Part shown: positions 15,576-24,488 of the stretch, piece by piece
How positions within the stretch are numbered: position 1 is the first letter of the stretch
How the letters are laid out: each line of letters starts with the position of its first letter
From: Cylindrospermopsis raciborskii Cr2010
GTDB lineage: Bacteria > Cyanobacteriota > Cyanobacteriia > Cyanobacteriales > Nostocaceae
Length of the DNA: 32,000 nt
Assembly: GCF_003367075.2 (NCBI RefSeq)
Contig: NZ_CP065936.1
Location: 3,690,001-3,722,000 of the forward strand
Reading direction: 5' to 3'
Translations under genes and position numbers: made by a program
Notes under the pieces: generated by a model
Told to the model about the DNA's origin: nothing
Seen by the model: the letters and a program-made list of their open reading frames with translations, nothing else
The model's database searches: none

Positions 15576-16493
15576 ATGTCTTTATTTAATCCAGCTTTTG
15601 CACAAAATCCTAAACCATTTCTTAAATGGGTAGGTGGTAAGACTCAATTAATTAATGAACTTGATAAACTAATTAGTTATCATATATCTAAGTATAATAC
15701 TTATACTTACATTGAACCATTTGTTGGTGGGGGGGCAGTATTATTTTATATTTTATCAAATTTTCCTCAAATAAATAACATTATTATCAATGATATTAAT
15801 TCAAATTTAATAAGTACCTACAAGCTAATAAAGGAGGATTACAGGAAATTAGTTTTAGTGCTGGCAGAAATTGAAAAAACTTATTATAATCTCACCTCAC
15901 TTGAGAATAAACAACAATTTTACTTAGCCAAAAGAGATGAGTTTAATCAAGAGGATAGTGAATTTTCTCCAGTTAATAAAACTGCTCTAATGCTGTTTTT
16001 AAATAAAACTTGTTTTAATGGTTTATATCGAGTTAATAAAAAAGGTAAGTTTAATGTACCTTTTGGCAAGTATAAAGAACCTAAAATTTGTAATGTAGAT
16101 AATATTGTTTCGGTCCATTACCATTTACAAAATGTTAAAATTTTTCAAGGGGATTTTACAGAAACTATAAGATATGCCCAACAACCGACCCTATTTTATT
16201 TGGATCCTCCTTATAAACCGATTAATGATACTTCGGCATTTACATCCTACTCTTTGGAAAATTTCAATGACCAAGATCAACTTAGACTTAAAAATTTTTG
16301 CGATCAAATACATGTCAATGGACATTATTTTATATTGAGCAATTCAGATGTTAAAAATTTTAATCATGAAAATACTTTTTTTGATGACCTTTATCAAGGT
16401 TACAATATTAAGCGAGTGAAAGCCAGACGGAATATTAATTCTAAAGGTGATTGTCGGGGTGAATTGTTTGAATTGCTAATTAGTAATTTCTAA
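15576..16493 (+). CDS. Dam-type (D12 class) N6-adenine DNA methyltransferase, with no adjacent restriction endonuclease
   Basis: The motifs are KPFLKWVGGKTQLINEL (N-terminal Dam motif), EPFVGGGAV (AdoMet binding) and FYLDPPYKP (catalytic DPPY). By eye the gene is much more AT-rich than its neighbours. Confidence 0.85.
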   Translation: MSLFNPAFAQNPKPFLKWVGGKTQLINELDKLISYHISKYNTYTYIEPFVGGGAVLFYILSNFPQINNIIINDINSNLISTYKLIKEDYRKLVLVLAEIEKTYYNLTSLENKQQFYLAKRDEFNQEDSEFSPVNKTALMLFLNKTCFNGLYRVNKKGKFNVPFGKYKEPKICNVDNIVSVHYHLQNVKIFQGDFTETIRYAQQPTLFYLDPPYKPINDTSAFTSYSLENFNDQDQLRLKNFCDQIHVNGHYFILSNSDVKNFNHENTFFDDLYQGYNIKRVKARRNINSKGDCRGELFELLISNF

Positions 16494-16543
16494 ATTAGCG
16501 ATTTCTATATAGACTTTCAGGGGAAGTTTCAATTCAAAAGGAT

Positions 16544-17863
16544 TTATATCTGATTTTTGGCTTTGATTTGTAAGTACCTTTCCACCAACTGCTCGGAAAT
16601 TTGATTTGCTGGTGCATCCAGCACTAAAACCCCCTGTTGTTTCAACTGGGCAAAAGCAATTTCTCTTTGTGATATTAAGTCTAAAGAAACAGCTCGATTA
16701 TAAGCCTGTGTTAAGTCTTGACTAAAAGTATGGGCTATTTGATCAATCCCAGGATCCCTGAGTGTTACACAAAAAGGTAGATATTGAGGCACTAGTTTAC
16801 ATAGCGCTACTAGTAGTTCACGGGAAGCAGTAACATCGACTAAATCAGTAATTAACACTACTAGACATCTACGAGTCTGTTGTTTTACTACGTAGGTAAT
16901 GGCATTTAAATAATCAGACTCCACTAATACTGGTTCAATAGGTGTAAGTCTGTCTATAAGTCGATTGAGGTGATTTTGTCCTCGTTCGGGAGGTATCCAG
17001 GTGTGCACCTGGGAGTCAAATACCCCCACCCCTACGCGATCGCCCCTATGTAATCCTGCTAATGCCAAAGACAATGTGGTATTTAAACCCCAATCATATC
17101 GTTTTAACCCTTGTACATTAGCTGTCATTAATCTACCACGATCTAGTAATATAAGCAAGGTTTGTTCCTGTTCTGGATCCAGAACTCTTACTAGGGGACT
17201 CATATTTCCATAAGCACGTCTAGCTGTGGCTTTCCAATCAATTAACCGCAGGTCATCCCCCATGCAGTAATTACGGAGTTCAGCAAATTCCGTTCCCATT
17301 CCCTGTTGACGCAATTTAGTGATAGATCCAGAAGATTGTAGGGTTAAACGAATAGCGAGGGATCTGAGTCCTAACAAATCAGGATATACCTTAACCATAG
17401 TTTTTTGGGGAATTTGCCAATTGTCCCACCCTAGAGCCCAATTTCCCAACTGTCGAACTTGAATATTTCCCCACCAAAATTCTCCCCGTTGATTGGGTCT
17501 AATGGTGTATTTTACTTCCTGAGTATGATTTGGGGGAAGGTTAACTGTGAGGTTAGATGTGGATACGGGAAATTCTGTGGGATAGTAATCACGAATTTGA
17601 ATAGCACTATTGACATTCCCAGACTCTACATTCAATATTACTAAATTGTCACGTCCAATAGATAAACGTAGAGGTAGTTGACGACTAATTTTCACCCGAT
17701 GTCTTCTGATATTGAAGCAGTCAATCACCATCAGTCCCATGACCACCAAATCAAATAACAGGGTAAAGGTAATACTCTGGTAAATACCCACAATCACTGA
17801 TAAGATGGGTGAAATCACTATTCCTAAACCCAATAAGAAATAAACTTTTTTAGCTGGAATCAT
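16544..17863 (-). CDS. DUF58 domain protein (vWA-like, MoxR-associated) with N-terminal TM helices
   Basis: GDDLRLIDWKATARR is the typical DUF58 motif. The gene lies immediately downstream of a MoxR ATPase. Confidence 0.8.
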   Translation of the reverse strand: MIPAKKVYFLLGLGIVISPILSVIVGIYQSITFTLLFDLVVMGLMVIDCFNIRRHRVKISRQLPLRLSIGRDNLVILNVESGNVNSAIQIRDYYPTEFPVSTSNLTVNLPPNHTQEVKYTIRPNQRGEFWWGNIQVRQLGNWALGWDNWQIPQKTMVKVYPDLLGLRSLAIRLTLQSSGSITKLRQQGMGTEFAELRNYCMGDDLRLIDWKATARRAYGNMSPLVRVLDPEQEQTLLILLDRGRLMTANVQGLKRYDWGLNTTLSLALAGLHRGDRVGVGVFDSQVHTWIPPERGQNHLNRLIDRLTPIEPVLVESDYLNAITYVVKQQTRRCLVVLITDLVDVTASRELLVALCKLVPQYLPFCVTLRDPGIDQIAHTFSQDLTQAYNRAVSLDLISQREIAFAQLKQQGVLVLDAPANQISEQLVERYLQIKAKNQI

Positions 17864-17864
17864 A

Positions 17865-18815
17865 CTATCTAGGAACGGGAACCTGATTAATTACAGTGGT
17901 TATGACCGAATCGATTTTTGAGCCATCTAACATTGCTTCTGGGTTTAAAATCAAACGGTGACGCAATAGGGGAGCAGCAACTGCTTTCACATCATCGGGG
18001 GTGACAAAATCTCTACCAGCAACCCAAGCGCATGCTTGAGATGTTTGTAACCAAGCTCCAGCAGCACGGGGAGACGCGCCCAGGGCTAAATCGGGATGTT
18101 TACGGGTCTTACTCACTAGTTCCAGAATATAGTCCACTATAGCTTCGGCTACATTCACCTGTTTCACAGCTTGTCTAGCTTGTAGTATATTATCTACAGT
18201 GGTAACTGGATTTAAATGAGAAATATCTAATCTTTTTCCTGTAAAACCAGATTGACGATTAAACAACATTTGTTTTTCTGCTGTTTGATCTGGGTAATCT
18301 ACCACCAGTTTAAATAGAAACCGATCTAATTGGGCTTCTGGTAGGGGATAGGTTCCTTGAAATTCTAGGGGGTTTTGGGTAGCAACTACCCAAAATAAAT
18401 CGGGTAATGGCAAACTTTCACCATCTAGGGTCACCTGTAATTCTTCCATTGCTTCTAGTAATGCAGCTTGGGTTTTGGGAGGGGTACGGTTAATTTCATC
18501 AGCAAGTAAAATTTCTGTAAAAACTGGACCTTTCCTCAAATAGAAGTTGCGGGTGTTTAAATCAAAAATATTCGTACCCGTAATATCCGATGGCAACACG
18601 TCTGGTGTTAGTTGAATTCTTTTGAACTCTCCTTGAATCAGTTGTGCCAAAACTTTAACCAGCAAAGTTTTTCCAGTTCCGGGAACTCCCTCTAAAATTA
18701 TGTGACCACCTGCTAGGAATGCAATTAAACATTGCTTGATTAAACCTGATTGTCCCACAATAACCTTGTTTACTTCTTTTCCCAGGTTAATTACAGATGA
18801 ATGTGTTATGCTCAT
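17865..18815 (-). CDS. MoxR-family AAA+ ATPase
   Basis: The Walker A motif is GVPGTGKT and the Walker B motif is LLADEINRTPPKTQAALLEAMEE. The overall sequence is MoxR-like, and a 1-nt gap separates it from the DUF58 gene. Confidence 0.9.
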   Translation of the reverse strand: MSITHSSVINLGKEVNKVIVGQSGLIKQCLIAFLAGGHIILEGVPGTGKTLLVKVLAQLIQGEFKRIQLTPDVLPSDITGTNIFDLNTRNFYLRKGPVFTEILLADEINRTPPKTQAALLEAMEELQVTLDGESLPLPDLFWVVATQNPLEFQGTYPLPEAQLDRFLFKLVVDYPDQTAEKQMLFNRQSGFTGKRLDISHLNPVTTVDNILQARQAVKQVNVAEAIVDYILELVSKTRKHPDLALGASPRAAGAWLQTSQACAWVAGRDFVTPDDVKAVAAPLLRHRLILNPEAMLDGSKIDSVITTVINQVPVPR

Positions 18816-18842
18816 GTGTTTAATTTTGTTTTATAAGTAAAT

Positions 18843-19961
18843 TTAGATAAGGGATTGATTTTTCCGTAGACTTTGCCATTTAGCTAACCAGTTTAACAGG
18901 TTCTTTTCACTAATACGGTGTTTGCTGGTCTGTAGTTTTAGTAATTCTTCTAGCTCCGCTGGACTTTTACCAGTTTGTTGTTGCCAAGTTTTAATTAAAT
19001 CCTCTTGGTTTGCTGGTGTGTTTCCCATTCCTAATACCTTTTGTAGTTGCAACTGCTCTTCTTTGCCAATCATTTCTAAAACAAAATCACTAGATTGGGC
19101 TTTGCGTAAAATTGCTGCTAATGCTTGAATATAAGCCTGACTGTTTTCTGTAATGGGTAGATCTAACTTGATAGCTCTACCAAAACGACGATTGCCAGAC
19201 CAAATTAATAATATTACTACCACACTTAATTGTAATAGCATTGGAAATAATGGAGTCTTGGCGAAGTAATCTAATAAACTTCCTTGTTTGCTCTGATAAT
19301 TAGTATCTTGATTAATATCTTTATATCCATGAATATATTCATCTACAAGAATTTTTTCACTACCATCAGTAACTAATTTTGCTAAGTAACTAAAGTTGCC
19401 CTCATCCTGGTAAGCATTGGCAGCGAGATGGATAGTAGTGGCAAATATTACTTTTCCTTTACCAGATTTCCACTGCCAAACCACAGCACCAAAACGATCT
19501 CCTAATAAAACTTCTTCCTTGGTGGGTTCAACATATCTTCTGCTAGTGTCAATCTTGACTCTACCCAAGGGTGATTCTTGATAGGTAGTAAATTCTGCTG
19601 CTGTTGATGGTTGTTTGATCCCTAGAATAACTAATGTGTTACCTTGTCCTATCCATTTAATTTGTTGAGCTTCAAAATTGCCTTCTACCGAATTTAGGTT
19701 GATTGGCACTAATTCAGGATTGACCTGAATCAAGGTTACTGGTTTGGTTTCTGACTCAATTTCTACAAAAGGCTTTTGCCATCGCTGGATCTTTACCCCT
19801 TGATTTTGCATAAAAGCATACCAACCAGCATAGCCTTCTGGCCCGCGATTATAACTAGAACCATTTTTGATATTCTGACTAGGAGTAAAGCTGAAAATAG
19901 CCAAGATCACCATTACCAAGGCGATCGCACTTAGATAAAGTCGACGTTTAGGGGGGAGCAT
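18843..19961 (-). CDS. Membrane-anchored protein, probably DUF4350 family (MoxR-operon associated)
   Basis: It has N-terminal and central TM helices. Its position between a DUF4129-like gene and moxR matches a conserved neighbourhood I recall. The family assignment was not verified. Confidence 0.55.
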   Translation of the reverse strand: MLPPKRRLYLSAIALVMVILAIFSFTPSQNIKNGSSYNRGPEGYAGWYAFMQNQGVKIQRWQKPFVEIESETKPVTLIQVNPELVPINLNSVEGNFEAQQIKWIGQGNTLVILGIKQPSTAAEFTTYQESPLGRVKIDTSRRYVEPTKEEVLLGDRFGAVVWQWKSGKGKVIFATTIHLAANAYQDEGNFSYLAKLVTDGSEKILVDEYIHGYKDINQDTNYQSKQGSLLDYFAKTPLFPMLLQLSVVVILLIWSGNRRFGRAIKLDLPITENSQAYIQALAAILRKAQSSDFVLEMIGKEEQLQLQKVLGMGNTPANQEDLIKTWQQQTGKSPAELEELLKLQTSKHRISEKNLLNWLAKWQSLRKNQSLI

Positions 19962-19963
19962 AA

Positions 19964-20599
19964 TTAAGGGGAGTTGAATAATTCTTGATAGGACTGAAGA
20001 CAGTGTTGATAATTTTCAGATGAAACCTTGTGGTTACTAAAGCATAACTGCTCATGAGTAGTAATTAAAGTCTCATAGGGTTGAATGGAAGCAACAGTGC
20101 CCAGGAGTAGTTGTAAATATTCTCCATCGGTGCGACTTGGTTGTTGAAGGGCGATCGCTCTTTCGTGCAATTGTTGGAGCATGGAAAAATATAGGAACTG
20201 ACAGGCTTTTTGATAGTCACCCTGGTGGTAAAACTCTTGAGATTTAGCCAATAGGAAATTGCTGGAGAGCTGAGGAGGAGAATCAGGGACCCAGGGATGA
20301 CCAAAGGTGGAACTGAGGTTTTTCCACCAGGTATATATTTCCGGGTAAAATTCTTGCCATAAACGCCAAATTACCCAACCCAATAATAAAACCAATATCA
20401 GCCAAAATAATACCTGTAGAATTTGCAGGATTTGTTCACTAATGGAGAATCTTGAATTTTCTGGGATGTTTTTAAAAAGTTGAGAATATTGGTATTCTAA
20501 CCATTGTTGTATTCGCTGATTGAACAAATATAATTCCCATTCCCAGGTTGTTTTTTCCCAAGTATTATTGCCCATAACTATCGTATTTTTAATAGACAT
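19964..20599 (-). CDS. Membrane protein, probably DUF4129 family (first gene of the MoxR operon)
   Basis: A TM helix (LFWLILVLLLGWVIW) is followed by a helical C-terminal domain. A 2-nt gap separates it from the next gene. The family assignment is from memory only. Confidence 0.5.
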   Translation of the reverse strand: MSIKNTIVMGNNTWEKTTWEWELYLFNQRIQQWLEYQYSQLFKNIPENSRFSISEQILQILQVLFWLILVLLLGWVIWRLWQEFYPEIYTWWKNLSSTFGHPWVPDSPPQLSSNFLLAKSQEFYHQGDYQKACQFLYFSMLQQLHERAIALQQPSRTDGEYLQLLLGTVASIQPYETLITTHEQLCFSNHKVSSENYQHCLQSYQELFNSP

Positions 20600-20777
20600 C
20601 TTGCAACTGACTTTTGAAAGATTGTACAGGAATGGGGAAGGTATAGCAAGTAGCTGACAAAATATAAGCGTGGGGAATGAGTTCAGTTTTTTGGAGAGTA
20701 GCTATGGGTGTGATTAGGTGTAATATATTAATGCTACGTGTCAATACTTGTCAATAACAGCTTGGAGCGATTTTCAA

Positions 20778-21227
20778 ATGACTATTTATTTTTACAAAGT
20801 TTGTGAACCTTATGGCTGTTTCTCCAACTTTTCCCCCCATCCGATTGAAATTGAGGGTGTTTACTGGGCAACTGTTGAACATTATTATCAGTCGCAAAAG
20901 TTTGTTCACACCCAGGACAATGTCATTATACCTCTAATTCGCAGTGCTCCTACTCCTGAAATAGCTGCTGCTTTAGGAAGATGTGAAACACGTAAATCAC
21001 GTCCAGACTGGAATTTGATTAAAATTGATGTGATGAAAACAGCAGTTTGGCAGAAATTTCTCAGCCATCAGGAAATCCAGGAGGTTTTGTTAGGAACGGG
21101 AGATGAAACATTAGTAGAAAACTCACCCGTAGATTATTTCTGGGGTTGTGGTGCTGATAAGACAGGAGAAAACCATCTCGGGAAAATTCTCATGGGTATA
21201 CGCAACCAAATTCGGTCGAGGAATTGA
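20778..21227 (+). CDS. NADAR (YbiA/DUF1768) family protein
   Basis: FYKVCEPYGCFSNFSPHPIEIEGVYWATVEHYYQSQKF...DWNLIKIDVMKTAVWQKF...LLGTGDETLVENSPVDYFWGCGADKTGENHLGKILMGIR contains the characteristic NADAR blocks. I chose the ATG at 20778; the track ORF begins at a TTG at 20748. Confidence 0.8.
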   Translation: MTIYFYKVCEPYGCFSNFSPHPIEIEGVYWATVEHYYQSQKFVHTQDNVIIPLIRSAPTPEIAAALGRCETRKSRPDWNLIKIDVMKTAVWQKFLSHQEIQEVLLGTGDETLVENSPVDYFWGCGADKTGENHLGKILMGIRNQIRSRN

Positions 21228-21404
21228 AGAATATTACGTTTTGTTACAAAAATGGCAAATCTCTGGTAACTCTAATTTGAAGGTGTTATTCTATAGTTGA
21301 AGCCAAAAAAGAGGCTTCCCTGGCAGATCGAACAGCTAGAGTTAGAGTCAAAAAGTAGTAAGAGGTTGAAAACGCTGTTGAATTACAATCTGTCTCGTCT
21401 GAAC

Positions 21405-21579
21405 ACCACAACACCCAACGCGAGTGCTTGTATTCCCTCAAGTTAGTAACACAGGGGGTAGTGTGACCAGTATTCATTCCTTAGTAGCTCAAGGTGGTGA
21501 AAGCAGGCACATCCCTGGATAGGATCAGCAAAAGTGGGGAGTCACCAAGTCGGTAGATGTTGGGTGTTGCGCTGTGTGG
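21405..21579. other. Non-coding segment of about 175 nt bounded by a long-range inverted repeat (CCACAACACCCAAC ... GTTGGGTGTTGCGCTGTGTGG); either a structured RNA or a small inverted-repeat element
   Basis: CCACA/TGTGG (5 bp) plus ACACCCAAC/GTTGGGTGT (9 bp) can pair with a 7-nt bulge, enclosing about 135 nt. The track ORFs here (21286..21477 and 21481..21669) look non-protein-like. Confidence 0.3.
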
Positions 21580-21678
21580 ATATAACTTTTTACTGATGGT
21601 AATTTTGTACTGATTTTCTCCTATTTTTGTGATATAATTAGCGATCGCAGGGAGTTTCAATAATGTCAACAGCGGTTT

Positions 21679-22449
21679 ATGTCAATAATTGCGCTCAGAG
21701 CATGGTATATACGGGATTATGAACCAATTACAGAGTTGGAAAAACGACCTCCAGACATTCGTCTGAGTAAGAAGAGTTTGCTCAAGTCTGGTTTGCGGGC
21801 TGATTTTTTGGAGGATGCTGACCAGGTAAGAACAGCAACCTGGTTTAAACACTATTTGGAAGGTGATTCCATAGAATTTTATATTGAGGGTAGTGGTGGT
21901 TATTCTGTGGCTAACGTTGATTTGATTAGTCATGAAATTTACTTGACAAAACAAAGTTTGTTATCACAGTTAGAACCAACTATTTTTTTCTCTTTTCAAA
22001 CCGAGTATGCAAGGTCCAGTGACCTATTCAGGGAGAACCTACAGGAAACCATAACAACCCTAAATAGTAAGTCCCGCGTGCCCTTAACACTGATAGAATC
22101 ATCCCGGTCAAGAAATAAACCTTTAAGATTAAACCGCACAATTATGCGGAAGATCCGTAAAAGTCTGTTATTCATTGCTGATACCACACCAATTACTAGC
22201 ATTGAGGGGAAAGATTTCTCTGAGTTAATTCCCAGTCCCAATGTTTGTATAGAAATAGGTTACGCGTTTGAACACAAGCGAACGGAACAAATTATGTTCG
22301 TACATGTCCATCGTCCAGAATTAGAGGGACAATTTCCCTTTGATTTAAGTGCGGAGCATATAGCAGAATTTGCTGATGCAGATGAGATTAAGCAATTCTT
22401 GACTGTTGCTATTGAAAGCAAACTCTCACGATTTAGACTTTTTGGTTGA
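21679..22449 (+). CDS. Hypothetical protein with a C-terminal half that looks like a bacterial TIR-like / nucleoside-2-deoxyribosyltransferase-like fold
   Basis: The pattern in the C-terminal half is PTIFFSFQ (beta1), LLFIADTTPI, then SPNVCIEIGYAFEHKRTEQIMFV. This resembles the (Q)NVxxExGY block of TIR-like effector domains (CAP12/PycTIR type) as I remember them. I did not recognise the N-terminal roughly 100 aa. An extended -10 (TGATATAAT, 21630-21638) lies upstream. Confidence 0.5.
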   Translation: MSIIALRAWYIRDYEPITELEKRPPDIRLSKKSLLKSGLRADFLEDADQVRTATWFKHYLEGDSIEFYIEGSGGYSVANVDLISHEIYLTKQSLLSQLEPTIFFSFQTEYARSSDLFRENLQETITTLNSKSRVPLTLIESSRSRNKPLRLNRTIMRKIRKSLLFIADTTPITSIEGKDFSELIPSPNVCIEIGYAFEHKRTEQIMFVHVHRPELEGQFPFDLSAEHIAEFADADEIKQFLTVAIESKLSRFRLFG

Positions 22450-22646
22450 CCGAAACGCGGTTTAAGATAAAAATCTTGGGGCTCCTTTGGCTAAAAGTCA
22501 AGGGAGATAATTGTCAGGAAACCATGATATTCTCCCCGATTTCTCCACCATATCTCCCCTAAATCTCCTCCAGCAGTTTTTAAACTGTAGCTTGTGACTA
22601 CAGGAATAACACATCTTTAATTTGCTAGGGTTTGCTAGGAGGGGAT

Positions 22647-23099
22647 ATGCCAAAGTGTATTGTGATTGAGCCTCACTTGACCGTTCAAGAGCTGGAAAAT
22701 CGTTATCAGCAATCACAAAATAAGATTGAAAGCACTCATTATCAAACTATATGGTTATTAGCGTCAGGAAAAACCACCGCAGAAGTGTCTGCAATAACGG
22801 GATATGGTGTGCCATGGATTTATGAGTTGGTTCGTAGTTACAACCTTTATGGGACGGAGATTCTAGGGGATCTCAGAAGAAATAACAAAGGGACAGCAAG
22901 ATTATTGAATAATCAACAATTACAGCTTTTGCAGCAAACTTTACAATTACCACCTGAAGATGGGGGTTTATGGAATGGACCAAAGGTGGCAAACTGGATG
23001 AGTAAATTGTTAAATCGCAAGGTTTACCCCCAAAGAGGATGGGAATATCTAAAGAAGCTGGGAAATATTCCATTTTCTAGGTCCCTTACTCAATTATAA
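22647..23099 (+). pseudogene. IS630-family transposase remnant (HTH/winged-helix N-terminal part only; DDE domain absent)
   Basis: ...HYQTIWLLASGKTTAEVSAITGYGVPWIYELVRSYN...LWNGPKVANWMSKLLNRKVYPQRGWEYLKKLG is typical of the IS630 OrfA region. The sequence diverges after LKKLG, and mltA starts 96 nt later, leaving no room for the catalytic part. AGGAGGGG lies upstream of the ATG at 22647. Confidence 0.6.
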
Positions 23100-23194
23100 T
23101 TCTTACCATCTGTGGAAATCATATACCAACTTCCGAGGAGTGCTATATTGGTACTGGTAATAATTACTTTGTTCCTGGTGTACACACAGCAAAA

Positions 23195-24487
23195 ATGATC
23201 ATCAAAACTCTTGGTTTCTTTTTCTTGGGTCTGGGAATTACTCTCGCAAGTCCCGTAGTTTCAGTTGTGGCTCAAAACACACCGAGTCCAAAACCAATAC
23301 CCATACAGGTCCCTGTGATCAATACTCCAGAGGTAAATACTCCCCCTCCGGTTGTCCCACCGCTACAACTAATCACATCAGAAAGCGCCTGCAATTCTCA
23401 AAAATGCCTAGGTTGGGATGAACAACTATGGGGAAAAAATGGCGATCGCCAGGCTTTATTAAATGCTATTGATCTGAGTTTAAATTATCTAAGAACTAAT
23501 AGAGCAGTTCAAGCATACGCCAACTATCCCATTAAGGAAATTAGTTTAGACAGGGTGCGTCGCAGTTTATTACGTTTTAGGGAACTGGTTGTAAATTCCC
23601 GGTCAGCAGCAGAGTTACAAGCAGCTGTGAACCGCGAGTTCGTCTTCTACCAGTCTATAGGTAACGATGGCAATGGTACGGTAAAATTTACTGCTTATTA
23701 CGAACCTGAATATGTAGCTAGTCGGGAACGCACAGCTATATATCAATATCCCATATACAGGGTTCCACCAGATTTTAAACAATGGACAAAACCCCATCCT
23801 AAAAGGGTTGACTTGGAGGGTAAAGATGGTTTACAAGGGGGTAAGGGCAAATTAAACGGATTGGAACTACTGTGGTTTAGCGATCGCCTGGATCCATACA
23901 TCATTCAAATTCAAGGATCTGCCCAAATTAGACTACCTGATGGAACAAGAACCTCCATAGGTTTTGCGGGGGGTACGGACTATCCTTGGACGAGTATAGG
24001 TAGGGAACTGGTAAAAGATGGCAAACTAACTGGTGGTAGTATGCCACAATTACTCAGTTATTTCCGTGCTAATCCCCTAGAAATGGATAACTACTTACCC
24101 CGCTGGGAAAGGTTTGTGTTTTTTAGAGAAACCAATGGCAATCCAGCTACAGGTAGTCTGAGCGTTCCCGTAACTGCAGAGCGTTCTATTGCTACAGATA
24201 AGTCCCTCATGCCCCCAGGCGCATTAGCGTTGATTAATACCTCTTTTCCCTTTGTTGTGGGTAACAACAGAATGGAAAACCGCCGGGTGGACAGATTTGT
24301 CCTAGACCAAGACACAGGTAGTGCGATTAAAGGACCTGGTCGAGTAGACTACTTTATGGGAACTGGGAAAGTAGCAGGCGATCGCGCTGGAGTTACGGGT
24401 ACTAACGGTACATTATACTACTTACTGCTCAAGGAAGAGACAAAAGCTGGCGATCGTCCGTGTCCAAAAGTCAACAAAGGGAATTAA
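23195..24487 (+). CDS. mltA: MltA-type lytic murein transglycosylase (MltA plus 3D domains) with a signal peptide
   Basis: The matching blocks are KFTAYYEPEY...YPIYRVPPD...LWFSDRLDPYIIQIQGSAQIRLPDG...ERSIATDKSLMPPGALALI...RFVLDQDTGSAIKGPGRVDYFMGTG. Confidence 0.85.
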   Translation: MIIKTLGFFFLGLGITLASPVVSVVAQNTPSPKPIPIQVPVINTPEVNTPPPVVPPLQLITSESACNSQKCLGWDEQLWGKNGDRQALLNAIDLSLNYLRTNRAVQAYANYPIKEISLDRVRRSLLRFRELVVNSRSAAELQAAVNREFVFYQSIGNDGNGTVKFTAYYEPEYVASRERTAIYQYPIYRVPPDFKQWTKPHPKRVDLEGKDGLQGGKGKLNGLELLWFSDRLDPYIIQIQGSAQIRLPDGTRTSIGFAGGTDYPWTSIGRELVKDGKLTGGSMPQLLSYFRANPLEMDNYLPRWERFVFFRETNGNPATGSLSVPVTAERSIATDKSLMPPGALALINTSFPFVVGNNRMENRRVDRFVLDQDTGSAIKGPGRVDYFMGTGKVAGDRAGVTGTNGTLYYLLLKEETKAGDRPCPKVNKGN

Positions 24488-24488
24488 C

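Noticed and set aside
15576-16493. The Dam-type methyltransferase as half of a restriction-modification system.
   Set aside because: No endonuclease-like ORF lies on either side. Upstream are the DUF29 genes and downstream is a convergent DUF58 gene. I therefore call it an orphan methyltransferase.
21286-21669. Minus-strand ORFs 21286..21477 and 21481..21669.
   Set aside because: Their composition is implausible and Cys/Thr-rich, with no motifs. The region is better explained as non-coding, given its inverted repeat and hairpins.
21663-21722. A 19-codon upstream ORF (ATG at 21663, better placed behind GGGAG at 21650-21654), considered as a leader peptide for the TIR-like gene.
   Set aside because: It is only a short out-of-frame ORF with no conservation evidence available. 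I noted it but have too little support to call it a feature.
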